Positions 1 through 10,173 of a stretch of DNA of 64,000 bases are shown here, piece by piece. Within the stretch, counting starts at the first letter, position 1, and each line of letters starts with the position of its first letter. The stretch is taken from positions 3,904,001 through 3,968,000 of the forward strand of contig OZ242318.1 in NCBI GenBank assembly GCA_965208105.1, given 5' to 3'. Position numbers and translations under genes: made by a program. The notes under the pieces were generated by a model that was given only the letters and a program-made list of their open reading frames with translations, did not search any database and was not told the DNA's origin. The DNA comes from Candidatus Latescibacterota bacterium. GTDB taxonomy: Bacteria > Latescibacterota > UBA2968 > UBA8231.

Positions 1-1
1 A

Positions 2-409
2 GCCCCTACGCCGCCGCTGCTTTTCGATCTGGCGATGCTGTTCGAGAGTGTCACCCAGCCTCGGTTCCGCCGGGACCCCGCCGGTGAGCACGATGAGCAT
101 GATTTCGAGGCGATCGAGCGCGTGCCGCCCGAATTCGACGCCGACGAGATTGGAGAAGCACAGGAGTGGCTGGTCCGGGAGATCTCGACGCGCATCCGCC
201 TGGACATGGCATCGGCAATCGGCGTCGGGGAACGACAAGGTCTCGCGGAGTCCACTCTGCGCTGCGTGCTGTTTCTGATGCTTCGGTCATGGTGCCCTCA
301 GGACGATCCTCTTGGGGTCATCGCTTCAATCGACGGGACCCTCGAACACAAGCGGGCCGCTGGTGACAATCTGGTGCTCGCCAAGGATTCAGAGCGTTGG
401 CGGACCTGA
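2..409 (+). CDS. Wadjet JetA-like protein, C-terminal part (truncated by window start)
   Basis: Frame is open from base 2 and overlaps the start of the next gene. It is the first gene of a 4-gene operon ending in SMC and Toprim genes. Identity rests on context only. Confidence 0.55.
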   Translation, partial: APTPPLLFDLAMLFESVTQPRFRRDPAGEHDEHDFEAIERVPPEFDADEIGEAQEWLVREISTRIRLDMASAIGVGERQGLAESTLRCVLFLMLRSWCPQDDPLGVIASIDGTLEHKRAAGDNLVLAKDSERWRT

Positions 410-1149
410 CACATCTGAGCGAGGCCCAGAAAGCTGTTCTTCTCCTCAACAAGGGCCTGTCCCCGCGAGCCTCCGCCCTGCAAGGCGACGTCGACTATCG
501 ACAACTGCTGGCGCACTGGCATGCCAATCCCGAGTTCCGGCAACTCGTTAACGACCTCGCGCCAATGCTCGGTGTCAGAGTCATCGATGCCCTCGATTTT
601 GCGATCGTTCTGGCGCCCTCCGGTGCGGACAGTGTCTTCGCCGCTACGCTCACGGACCTTCGCCAGGATCTCGGGGAGATGCGGCGCGGAGCGCTCGCTC
701 TCGTTCATATCGCGATTGCGGCGACCTTCTTTCCAACCTCTGCCGCCCTGACCGGAGCGCAGGACGACTTCGCGGAGGTCTCCGCCACCCCGGCGAGAGT
801 TGCGGCGGTGCTTCGCGGGCACTGCGGGCACCTGGAGGCCAAGGCAGGAGACGACCCTGATCTGGCGGAGGCGGGGCTTGCAGAAGCCTGGCGCGAGCTT
901 GCCCGCCTGCCGGAAGCCAGTCCCGACGGCAGCCAGCGCGCGGGGCTGAGGTCGCTCGCGGGCATGGTCAAGCTCGTTCTCAATCAGCTTGAAGGGCACG
1001 GGATGGTGCAAACCCTCGATACCGCGGAAGGCGAGACCTATATCCCTACACCACGCTACCGGCTGCAGGTGCGTGAGCTTGCCGCCAACGAGCTGTTCGA
1101 ACGTTGCGCCTCCGTCCTGCCCGGCTTCCTCGATCAGGGGAGAGGATGA
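397..1149 (+). CDS. Wadjet JetB-like (kite/MksE-like) subunit
   Basis: 250 aa, directly abutting the SMC gene; C-terminal winged-helix-like 'LNQLEGHGMV...YIPTPRYRLQVREL' as in MksE/JetB-type proteins. Confidence 0.65.
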   Translation: MADLTHLSEAQKAVLLLNKGLSPRASALQGDVDYRQLLAHWHANPEFRQLVNDLAPMLGVRVIDALDFAIVLAPSGADSVFAATLTDLRQDLGEMRRGALALVHIAIAATFFPTSAALTGAQDDFAEVSATPARVAAVLRGHCGHLEAKAGDDPDLAEAGLAEAWRELARLPEASPDGSQRAGLRSLAGMVKLVLNQLEGHGMVQTLDTAEGETYIPTPRYRLQVRELAANELFERCASVLPGFLDQGRG

Positions 1150-4100
1150 ATGCGGTACATCACTCGTATCCATCTCTCCGACTGTGGCTGGCGCGAGGCG
1201 TACTACCCCGGGACCACGATCGAGCTTGCCGACCCCCAGACCGGAGAGCCCACGCACACGGTGTTCAGCCTGGAGAACACCGGCGGGAAAACGTCCTTTC
1301 TGGCCCTCGTGCTGAGCTGCTTCGATCCCAGTGAAAGGCGGTTCCTGAAGACGCTGATCCGCTCCAACCAGAAGTTCGGCGACTATTTCGGCGACGTACC
1401 TGCGTTCATCCTCGTGGAATGGGACCTCTCCGGCGGCCAGACGAGCTTTCTGGACGCGCAGCGCCTGGTCACCGGCCAACTGGTGGTTCCGCGGGGGGAG
1501 GGACGGCAGCGAGAGCTCGATCGACATTTCTTTGCGTTCCGAAGCGCGCCCGGTCTCGCACTTGACGACATCCCGGCCCCAGGTCTCCCCGGATTCGAGG
1601 CGATTGGCCGGCTCAACGGGCATCAGGATGTGCAGCGGTGGCTCTACACGATGCGTTCGAGCCACCCCGGCAACTTTCAGAACTTCGACAAGCAGTCGGA
1701 TTGGAAGCGCAAGCTCGCTGAAGAGAAGATCGACACCGAGCTGCTCGCGGCCCAGGTTGAGTTCAACCGAAGCGAGGGGGGCATCGAGGACTTCCTGGAC
1801 TTCCGGAGCGAGTCTCAGTTCCTGCAGAAGTTTCTGGCGATGACCGTGCCGGAGGCGGAGGCCGGCCCGGTGCGGGCGGTGCTCGCCGAGCATGTCGGCA
1901 GGCTCGCGGACTTGCCTCGTCTGGAACGACGCCGGGAGGCGATGTTCCAGTTGAAGGAACGATTCGCTCCGTTCGTGGAAATCGCCGGTGAAGCACAGGC
2001 TGCGCAGGAGGACGTTTCCCGGCGAATCGGGAATGCCGCCGGCCTCAAGGGGGCGCTGAAGGAGCACGGAACTCAGGCCTCGCAGTGGGCCGAGGCACTA
2101 TCGGAAAAGGCGAGGGCGCACCAGACCGCCGCAAGTCAAGCCGAGGCTGCATGCAGGAAGGCGCGAGTCGAGTTCGCTTCCGCGATGGTCGCGATGGCTC
2201 GTGGCCGGCACGAAGCCGCCAAGACACTGGCCGGGACGCGAGAGGAAGAGCTGGGGCAGGCAAAGTCGCGAGCGCATCTCCTCCAAGGAGCGGTCTTGAT
2301 GCGGGAGATCCTCGACGACCGCAGGCGAAGCGAGTCGCTTCGAGAGGCGATCGATGCGGAGCACGCCGACCTCGAACCGCGTCGCCACCTGCTGAGGAGA
2401 GTTGGGGCCGACTTCGAAGCGACGCTCATCCGACGCGCCGCGGCGATGCGCGACCGACATCAGTCCCTGACGGCGGAAGCCGCGGAGTTGGAGACGGCGG
2501 CACGCCAGGCCGAAGAACAGCGAACGGCGGACGATGAAAGTGCCCAAGCCGAGCGGCGGATAATCGCTGGTATCGACGTGGATCTCGGCCACGCGCGCGA
2601 ATTCCGTGCGCGGCTGGAGGAGGAGGGGGTCCTCGAGTCCGGGGAGAGCGCCGAGGCGGCATCCAATCGCCATGCCGAAGCCGCCAGATCGGTCCGAGAT
2701 GAAGCTGAAAATCTGCGCCGACAGGCCGATGAGAAGGACGAGGCAACCCGGGCGCACCGGGATCGCCAGGGCGATCTCAAGGCCGAGCGTTCCCGTACTG
2801 CAAGCGAGATCGGATCCTTGCAGGAAACCGTTCGGGAGGGAGACGAGAAACGCCGGTCTCTGGCCCTTGATTCGACCATTCTCGAGCTAACCGGCGAGAG
2901 TGAGGTCGACCTCGATTCGGAGGCGGTCGACCGGGTGCTCGCGAATGCCAGGGGCAAGTGCGCCTCGACGCTGCGCGACAGCGAGCGACAGCAAGAGCTG
3001 CTCGAAGCCGATCGCGAGTCTCTCGAAGCCACCGGGCTCGCGTCCATTGACAAGGATGTACGCGCGGTCACCGAACGGCTCCATTCCTCGTGTATGCCGG
3101 ACGCCCAGCCATTTGCCGCCTACCTGTCCGAAATAGTGCAATCCCCTGAAGGCGTGCGCCGTTTCGCCGAGCGCGACCCCGCCCGCTTTGCCGGCGTTGC
3201 CGTCCCCAATCGGAAAGCGCTGGACGAGGCGCGCCGCTTGCTTCAGTCCACTCCGCCCCTGAGCCGGGCGGTGACCGTCGCAATCGCAAGCGATGGCCCC
3301 GGTGATGCACCGGAAGACCGGTTCGTCCTGGCGGTCGAAGAGCCGGCTGCCTACGACCGCGGGGCCGCACAAAAGTTGCAACGACGCATCGAGGACGATC
3401 TCGCCCGAATCGAGGAATCGATTGAGGCAGCACGAGGGCGATTGGATAGACTGGATTCCACGCTTCAGAACCTGGGCGCTTGGCGCGAACGGTTCGGCGG
3501 GGGTCGGCTCGATGCAATGCGGCAGTCCATCGAAAAAATGGAAGCGCGCATCGAGGAAGTCGGGGCCGAACTCGTCGCGCTGTCGGAGCGCATCGAGACC
3601 GATGAGGAAGGTGCCAAGCTCTTCCGTAATCGTGCCCGCGAATGCGACGAGCAGGCCCACATCTACACCGACCGTGCCCGCCGCTCCAGCGAGCATCACG
3701 CGCAGTGGGAGTCGCGCGAGGGAGACTGGCAATTGGAGCGCCTTCGCCACGAGAAAGCGGCGCAAGCCTCCGAGGCGCGCGCACGGGATTGCCAGACAAG
3801 GCGGGACGCGTTGGCAGACAAGGCACGCACCCACGAACGCGAGGCGGCGGACATGGCGAACCGAGCCGCGGAAATGGAGCGTGAGGCCGGGGACATCGAG
3901 TACACGGCACCGGGGGGACGGATATCGGAGGATCTCGATGCCCTGCGCCGCGACTACGGGCAGCACCTGGATACGTTGAAGAACCTGGAACAGGAGCGGG
4001 TCGACCATCTGCGCGGCCAGCAACAGGAGATACAACGGGCCCTTGCCCGGAAGGAAGACCAGTTCGGACAGGAGTTCGGCGAACTCGACCGAACGAAGGT

Positions 4101-5526
4101 CGAAGCCGAAGCCGAGCGTGACGGCCTCCGAGACGCCGCCGCTACCGCCGATGAGGCACTCGACACGGCGCGTACGAATGCTTTCTCAGCCCGCGCCGAT
4201 GCAGAGGGCGCGGAGAGAGAGTACCGATCCGAGAGAGACGGGCGCGCTGCTGCGATCAAGCCGGACACTTTCATTGATTTCCGTGCCCACGAACCGGAGG
4301 ACTTGGCCGGTATCGCGTCGCGGGCGGAAGAGACCATCGTCCAGCAAGAGGCTCTCGGAACACGGGGGGCGGAGGCGGCGGAACGGAGGCGCCGGGAGGC
4401 GTCCCGGAACGAACACACCGCGAAGGAGTACATGAACTGGGCGACTACACTGGATGGCGTGCTGCAAGGCGAGTCCGTCTCGCCGGAACGGATCGAACTC
4501 CCACGCCACGAAGAGTTAGCAACCCTCGTTAGCGACACCGTCTCCGGTCTCGGCCATGCGCGCACAGTATTGAACGAAGCGCACAAGCGGGTCTACGGCA
4601 GCTACGACGAAATCCGCAGGTTCATGAACTCCCCCACCTTCAGCCGGCTGGAAGGAGAACGCGAGGTCGCCTTGCACCTGAGCGCAAACGAACCTTTGGC
4701 CGTCGCTGCCCACGCACCCGGAACGGCGGCGCTGATCGACGATCGCCTGAAGAGCATCGAGCACGACCTGTCACGACTCGACGACGATCTCCAGGCGTGC
4801 ATCGATGAGCTGAACTATCTGTTGCGTGCAGCCTTGCATATCTTGCGGCGCATGGTCGAAGACGGACGGATTCCGGACGATGTACCGCGATTCGGGGGCC
4901 AGCCGGTGTTCCGTATCGGTGCCAACCTCTCCCGTATCCCAGCCACCCAACGCAGGGAGATTCTGCGCAGCTATATCACCGATCTGGTGGAGGTTAACCG
5001 GGTGCCGGAAAGTGGCCAGGACATCGCCTCGGAGATGGTGGAACGCATGACGGCGGCATTGGGAAGGAGCACGCTGGACATCCGACTCCTCAAGCCGAAA
5101 GGCGAGGGAGACACCGAGCACATGCCCATCGAGCGAGTGACCGTTTCGGGTGGAGAGTTGCTCACAGCCGCGATGATGATCTACCTCGTGATCGCGAAGC
5201 TGCGGGCAGACGCGATGCACGAAGGCACGGGAGAAGCCGGCGTGCTCATCCTGGACAACCCGTTGGGCAAGGCCAACAAGACGCTGCTGTTGAAGACGCA
5301 GATCGGACTCGCGGACGCAATGGGAATCCAGCTCTTCTACGCGACCGGTGTTCAGGACACGAACGCGCTTGCTGCATTCGAGAACATCGTGAGGCTGCGC
5401 CGCAACCGGCAGTCCCGAGCCACGCGCCGCATCCATGTTGAGATAGAGGCGATGCGCACGCACATCGACAGGAACACGGACGGCGAGCCCTCCGTGGCGG
5501 GGACCCTTGAGGCGGCCGCCGATTAG
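1150..5526 (+). CDS. Wadjet JetC-like SMC/MukB-family ATPase
   Basis: 1458 aa; N-terminal Walker A variant LENTGGKTS, long coiled coils, signature VSGGE, Walker B LILDNP. Confidence 0.85.
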   Translation: MRYITRIHLSDCGWREAYYPGTTIELADPQTGEPTHTVFSLENTGGKTSFLALVLSCFDPSERRFLKTLIRSNQKFGDYFGDVPAFILVEWDLSGGQTSFLDAQRLVTGQLVVPRGEGRQRELDRHFFAFRSAPGLALDDIPAPGLPGFEAIGRLNGHQDVQRWLYTMRSSHPGNFQNFDKQSDWKRKLAEEKIDTELLAAQVEFNRSEGGIEDFLDFRSESQFLQKFLAMTVPEAEAGPVRAVLAEHVGRLADLPRLERRREAMFQLKERFAPFVEIAGEAQAAQEDVSRRIGNAAGLKGALKEHGTQASQWAEALSEKARAHQTAASQAEAACRKARVEFASAMVAMARGRHEAAKTLAGTREEELGQAKSRAHLLQGAVLMREILDDRRRSESLREAIDAEHADLEPRRHLLRRVGADFEATLIRRAAAMRDRHQSLTAEAAELETAARQAEEQRTADDESAQAERRIIAGIDVDLGHAREFRARLEEEGVLESGESAEAASNRHAEAARSVRDEAENLRRQADEKDEATRAHRDRQGDLKAERSRTASEIGSLQETVREGDEKRRSLALDSTILELTGESEVDLDSEAVDRVLANARGKCASTLRDSERQQELLEADRESLEATGLASIDKDVRAVTERLHSSCMPDAQPFAAYLSEIVQSPEGVRRFAERDPARFAGVAVPNRKALDEARRLLQSTPPLSRAVTVAIASDGPGDAPEDRFVLAVEEPAAYDRGAAQKLQRRIEDDLARIEESIEAARGRLDRLDSTLQNLGAWRERFGGGRLDAMRQSIEKMEARIEEVGAELVALSERIETDEEGAKLFRNRARECDEQAHIYTDRARRSSEHHAQWESREGDWQLERLRHEKAAQASEARARDCQTRRDALADKARTHEREAADMANRAAEMEREAGDIEYTAPGGRISEDLDALRRDYGQHLDTLKNLEQERVDHLRGQQQEIQRALARKEDQFGQEFGELDRTKVEAEAERDGLRDAAATADEALDTARTNAFSARADAEGAEREYRSERDGRAAAIKPDTFIDFRAHEPEDLAGIASRAEETIVQQEALGTRGAEAAERRRREASRNEHTAKEYMNWATTLDGVLQGESVSPERIELPRHEELATLVSDTVSGLGHARTVLNEAHKRVYGSYDEIRRFMNSPTFSRLEGEREVALHLSANEPLAVAAHAPGTAALIDDRLKSIEHDLSRLDDDLQACIDELNYLLRAALHILRRMVEDGRIPDDVPRFGGQPVFRIGANLSRIPATQRREILRSYITDLVEVNRVPESGQDIASEMVERMTAALGRSTLDIRLLKPKGEGDTEHMPIERVTVSGGELLTAAMMIYLVIAKLRADAMHEGTGEAGVLILDNPLGKANKTLLLKTQIGLADAMGIQLFYATGVQDTNALAAFENIVRLRRNRQSRATRRIHVEIEAMRTHIDRNTDGEPSVAGTLEAAAD

Positions 5527-5527
5527 C

Positions 5528-6568
5528 GTGCCCACTTTCGAAGAAGCGCTTCTCGCCCTCGGCAAGCGCCGTATACGCTTGCCCGAGCTTCGAGCAGCAT
5601 ATCTTCGCGCCCATCCGGACGCACTCAATGCTCCGGACCTACGCCGGCTTTTGCTCGACGCGCTGCGCAGGCTGGAGCGAGACGAAGTGGTCGACCTTCC
5701 GGCACCGGGACGGGGGTGGGATAGGTCCGGCAGTCCCGCCCTTCCCCGGACGGCGAGTCTCCGCCACGTGGCACGCTCCCGGCGTTCCCCAGAGGCGCAT
5801 GCCTGGCTGCCGGCTCTTTCCTTCGCGGCGGACGAGCGCCATCCCGTCCGCCGGGCAAACCTTCAGGCCATCAACGAGTTCTTGGTGTCCGCGCGTGACA
5901 GGAGTCTCTACCCAGTGCCGACGCGGGAGCGCTCAATACAGATCTTCGGGGACGAGAAGCGACTCGACGAAATCCGCAAGGGTGAACCAACCCTGTTCGA
6001 TGGACGCATCTCGCTCGACGACCTCCACTGCTATCCCGTCGCACCACCGCTGCCGTTCGAAACCCCTGAAAAGCCTCCGGGCGGGCGGCCCATACTCGTG
6101 CTGGAGAACTATCATTCCTACGACAGTTTCCGCCGTTGGAACCGAGAGGCGGCACTGTATGCCGCAGTTGCTTACGGTGGCGGCAATGCGTTCAGGCAAG
6201 GAGCGGGCAATCTGGACGAACTGATCGCTCGCACCGCCGCCGATGGCGCCCTCTATGTTGGTGATTTGGATCCCAGCGGAGTTTACATACTGCTCGGCGT
6301 CAACGAGCGTCGGCGGGCAGATCGACGGGCATTGGTGCAACCCCATTGCGGCCTATATCGATGGCTGCTGGCACACGGTTGCCGGCGCCCGTTGGACAAG
6401 GCGCCTAGGGACGGCTCGACCGGCCGTCTCGGCGAGGTGTTTCCCGCCGGCATCGCCGGCGCGCTTGGCGAACTGTGGGCTGCAGGGCTGCGAATCCCGC
6501 AAGAGAGTTTTGGCCTTGAACAACTCAGTGGCGAGGAGGCGGCGATCGCCAGCCCAGAGGCCGCCTGA
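5528..6568 (+). CDS. Wadjet JetD-like Toprim nuclease
   Basis: GTG start just after the jetC stop; Toprim motifs ILVLEN and YVGDLDPSG (DxD); 'SIQIFGDEKRL' and terminal 'RIPQE'. Confidence 0.8.
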   Translation: MPTFEEALLALGKRRIRLPELRAAYLRAHPDALNAPDLRRLLLDALRRLERDEVVDLPAPGRGWDRSGSPALPRTASLRHVARSRRSPEAHAWLPALSFAADERHPVRRANLQAINEFLVSARDRSLYPVPTRERSIQIFGDEKRLDEIRKGEPTLFDGRISLDDLHCYPVAPPLPFETPEKPPGGRPILVLENYHSYDSFRRWNREAALYAAVAYGGGNAFRQGAGNLDELIARTAADGALYVGDLDPSGVYILLGVNERRRADRRALVQPHCGLYRWLLAHGCRRPLDKAPRDGSTGRLGEVFPAGIAGALGELWAAGLRIPQESFGLEQLSGEEAAIASPEAA

Positions 6569-6727
6569 ACCGCCCTGGGGGCCATTGTTTGGTTCGCGAT
6601 CACCGATGGCATTTCACCGTGCGACGCCTACCCCAGGTCGACGCATGATTCTGGCGCAGAACATCGTTGCCCCGGGAAATATGGTGACCCGGGCGCTGCC
6701 ATCCGTGCTCTTCCGTTCGGGCAAGTT

Positions 6728-9700
6728 ATGACGCGTCGACTTCATTCCGGGCTATATGAAGAATTGTTGACCTCTGCTCTGGAGGCCGAGATCGATGCCC
6801 GGACCGCGGAGGGCTGGTGGATGGATATCCGCTCGGCCGACGCAACCGTCCGACCCGAGTTCCTGGCCCGTCACGTTTATCAGCTCCTTCGCCTGGCGCT
6901 CGAAGAGATTCCCGATGAAGACGGCACCCAGTCAACCAAGCAGATCGCGCTTGCAAACCGGTTGGTGGAGGTGCTCTTCGAACATGGTGCGATGGCCGAC
7001 GACCGGGTCGCAGACACAGCGCGCCTGCTCCTGGAGGCCGTTGAACGCGGTGTGTTGGGGGTTACTCCTTCGCCAGTGCCTCGGCCGACGCTCTCTCTTC
7101 GTCGGACCGGGCTTCTTGTCAATGGACGCCGCGACGTCCAGATAGCGAGCGAGATTGCGCGGGAGATCCCAAGTGCCGATCGGGTCGATCTCCTATGCGC
7201 GTTCGTGCGTCACTCAGGGTTGCGCCTGTTCCGCTCCGAACTTGAGGAACGGGTTCGCGAGGGCGCACAGGTCAGAGTGATCGCAAGCGTCTATACCGGG
7301 TCTACCGAACGCCGGGCGCTGGACGCACTAGTCGATCTCGGGGCTCAAGTGAAGGTTTCCTACGAAATCGCGCGGACTCGGCTTCATGCCAAGGCGTGGT
7401 TGTTTCACCGCCACAGCGGTCTGCACACCGCCTATATCGGTTCGTCAAATCTCACCCACACGGCTCAGGTCGACGGCCTCGAATGGAACGTTCGGGTGAG
7501 CGCGTCCGAGAACCCCGAGGTCATCGAGCGATTCGAGGCGACCTTCGAACAGTACTGGCAAGAGCCCGAGTTCGAGAACTATACGCCCCAGAGTGACAGC
7601 GAGCGGCTCGACCACGCGCTCTCGAGACAGCGAGGCGATGCCGGAATAGGCGACAGCACTGCCCTGTCTCTTTTGGTAGACGTCGCACCGAAACCTCACC
7701 AGGCCGTCGCGTTGGAGGCCCTCGAAGCGGAGCGCCTGCGCGGGTACCACCGAAATCTCGTGGTCGCGGCGACTGGCACCGGCAAGACCTGGATTGCGGC
7801 ATTCGACTTCAAGCGGCTGCGCGACCAAGGTGAAGGCCAATCGCTGCTCTTCGTTGCGCACCGTGACGAAATCCTTCGTCAAAGCCAGCAGGTCTTCCAA
7901 CTCGTGCTGCGCGAGCCTGGGTTCGGTGAGCGGCTGGTTGGCGGCGAACGTCCACGCTCGGGTCGCCACGTCTTTGCCTCAGTGCAATCCCTTGCCAACC
8001 GTGTCGACGGCATTGAACCCGAAGGGTTCGACGTGGTCATCGTGGACGAGTTTCATCATGCAGCAGCAGCGAGCTACGAACGCCTGCTTTCGCGTTTGAA
8101 ACCGAAGATCCTTTTGGGGCTTACCGCCACGCCTGAGCGCGCCGACGGTCAGTCAATACTCGAATGGTTCGATGGCCGCATCGCCTTCGAGTCCCGGCTT
8201 TGGGATGCGCTCGACCAGGGGCTGCTCTGTCCGTTTCACTATTTCGGAGTGAACGACGCAACGGACCTCTCAACGGTACCATTCGCAGGCGGCCGATATG
8301 TTTCGAGCGAACTCGACAACGTGTTCACGGGCGATCACGTTCGAGCTGTTCGAATCCGCCAGGCCGTCGAGGAATTCGTGACGGACCCGCAAGAAATGCA
8401 GGCCTTGGGGTTCTGCGCGGGCGTCGATCACGCCCACTTCATGGCGAGCCAGTTCACAAGTTTCGGGTACCCGGCAGTGGCACTCGACGCCAGCACTCCA
8501 GTCATTGAACGACGTGCGGCGCTCGCGAGACTGCGTCAGGGGGAGCTGCGTGTCGTCTTCGCCGTCGATCTCTTTAACGAGGGTGTCGACCTGCCAGCCG
8601 TCGATACCGTGCTCATGCTTAGACCGACCGAGAGCGCCACTGTGTTTCTCCAGCAGCTGGGACGTGGATTGCGGTGGGCTGAAGGGAAGCGAGTCCTCAC
8701 CGTCCTCGACTTCGTTGGCCAAGTTCGGCGCGAGTACCGCTACGACGTGCGCTATCGGGCTCTGTTAGGGGGCACCCGCCATCAGGTCCAGCGCGCCGTC
8801 GAGGCGGACTTCCCGATGCTCCCACCGGGATGCGCGCTCAAGTTGGACCGAATTGCCAAGGAGACGGTGCTGCGCAACATGAGAGAGGCAGTGCTCAACG
8901 CCCGTCCACGTCTCGCCGATGACTTGCGTGCTCTCGGCCCTGAAACACGACTTGGCGGTTTCATGCGGGACGCTGGGGTCGAACTCGAAGATATTTACGC
9001 GCGGCCAGGATCAGGACACTGCTTTACCGAGCTCCGCCGGCGGGCTGGTTTCGTGCAAAGCCCCTGCCTGCCTGCGGTGGATGACGCTATCTACAAGGCC
9101 ATCGGCCGACTTATCCACGTGGACGATCCCGAGCGGATTGAGGCGTGGCGAGACCTCCTGCAGGCCGATAATTCCGACCAGATATCGAGGCTCGAGGGCC
9201 GTAAGCATCGTTTGGGCCTCATGTTGTTTGCCATTCTTGGTGGGCGTCGCCAGTCCATCGACGAGACCGATCGGGTCTTGGAAAAGATCCGCGGTTCTGC
9301 AGAGTTGCGCCGTGAGATCGGCGACCTACTGGAAATCGTTGCCGATCGTATTCGTACGGTCTCTCGTCCGCTCGATCCGGCCAGCGACGTTCCCCTGGCA
9401 AGCCACGCCACTTATACCCTCGGGGAGATCGTCGCGGCGCACAGGCACACCGATAAGCGCGGTGCGCTGGTCTTTCCACAAGGCGGGGTCCTTTGGAACA
9501 AGGCCACGCAGACGGATCTCCTGTTTGTTACGCTGGAAAAGTCAGACAGGGACTACTCCCCAACGACACGCTACGCCGATTACCCTATCTCGCCGACCTT
9601 GTTTCATTGGGAGTCACAGAACACCGCGTCACCCGATACGCCCACCGGATTCCGCTACATCGAACAACCGGCCCAAGGCACGAATGTCATTCTGTTTGTG

Positions 9701-9865
9701 CGCGAACGAAAAAAGGATGGCAGGGGGGAAACTCTTCCGTACCAATGCCTCGGCCCTGCCCATTTCCGAAGCCATGAGTCGGAACGACCCATGAAGATTC
9801 TGTGGGAGCTGGAACGTCCGATGCCTGGATGGCTGTATCAGGCGGGGAAAGTGGTCGCGGGTTGA
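6728..9865 (+). CDS. PLD nuclease-SF2 helicase-DUF3427 protein (SauUSI-like putative modification-dependent restriction enzyme)
   Basis: HAK...GSSNLT PLD nuclease motif, ATGTGKT, DEFHH, TATPER, QQLGRGLR, and C-terminal 'YSPTTRYADY...FHWESQN' DUF3427-type region. Confidence 0.85.
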   Translation: MTRRLHSGLYEELLTSALEAEIDARTAEGWWMDIRSADATVRPEFLARHVYQLLRLALEEIPDEDGTQSTKQIALANRLVEVLFEHGAMADDRVADTARLLLEAVERGVLGVTPSPVPRPTLSLRRTGLLVNGRRDVQIASEIAREIPSADRVDLLCAFVRHSGLRLFRSELEERVREGAQVRVIASVYTGSTERRALDALVDLGAQVKVSYEIARTRLHAKAWLFHRHSGLHTAYIGSSNLTHTAQVDGLEWNVRVSASENPEVIERFEATFEQYWQEPEFENYTPQSDSERLDHALSRQRGDAGIGDSTALSLLVDVAPKPHQAVALEALEAERLRGYHRNLVVAATGTGKTWIAAFDFKRLRDQGEGQSLLFVAHRDEILRQSQQVFQLVLREPGFGERLVGGERPRSGRHVFASVQSLANRVDGIEPEGFDVVIVDEFHHAAAASYERLLSRLKPKILLGLTATPERADGQSILEWFDGRIAFESRLWDALDQGLLCPFHYFGVNDATDLSTVPFAGGRYVSSELDNVFTGDHVRAVRIRQAVEEFVTDPQEMQALGFCAGVDHAHFMASQFTSFGYPAVALDASTPVIERRAALARLRQGELRVVFAVDLFNEGVDLPAVDTVLMLRPTESATVFLQQLGRGLRWAEGKRVLTVLDFVGQVRREYRYDVRYRALLGGTRHQVQRAVEADFPMLPPGCALKLDRIAKETVLRNMREAVLNARPRLADDLRALGPETRLGGFMRDAGVELEDIYARPGSGHCFTELRRRAGFVQSPCLPAVDDAIYKAIGRLIHVDDPERIEAWRDLLQADNSDQISRLEGRKHRLGLMLFAILGGRRQSIDETDRVLEKIRGSAELRREIGDLLEIVADRIRTVSRPLDPASDVPLASHATYTLGEIVAAHRHTDKRGALVFPQGGVLWNKATQTDLLFVTLEKSDRDYSPTTRYADYPISPTLFHWESQNTASPDTPTGFRYIEQPAQGTNVILFVRERKKDGRGETLPYQCLGPAHFRSHESERPMKILWELERPMPGWLYQAGKVVAG

Positions 9866-10173
9866 GAAATTGATATGAGACCACCGATTTCTTTCCAGAG
9901 CGAGATCCTGGGGGACCTCGTGGATTTCTCATCCGGGTCTGCCGCTCCGCTGTTGTTCTTCCCGCCGGGGAGAACAATTTCGTGCCGCGTGGGCGAATCC
10001 CGGTAGAGTTCGATTCAATCAGCAGTTGAGCGGCGTCGGCCGCCAGAAGCGAGCAGAACGAGTAGTAGAGGTCGATTTTTTGGCAACTGTCATCTGTCGA
10101 AACCACCAAGCAATTTTGGCCCGAAACAAACCGACGGACCTCACGCCTCTATGTCGCACGGGATCGAGCACCG

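Noticed and set aside
298-5628. Long antisense ORFs over the Wadjet operon (298-2067, 2887-4035, 4771-5628)
   Set aside because: Shadow ORFs of high-GC coding DNA with no recognisable motifs.
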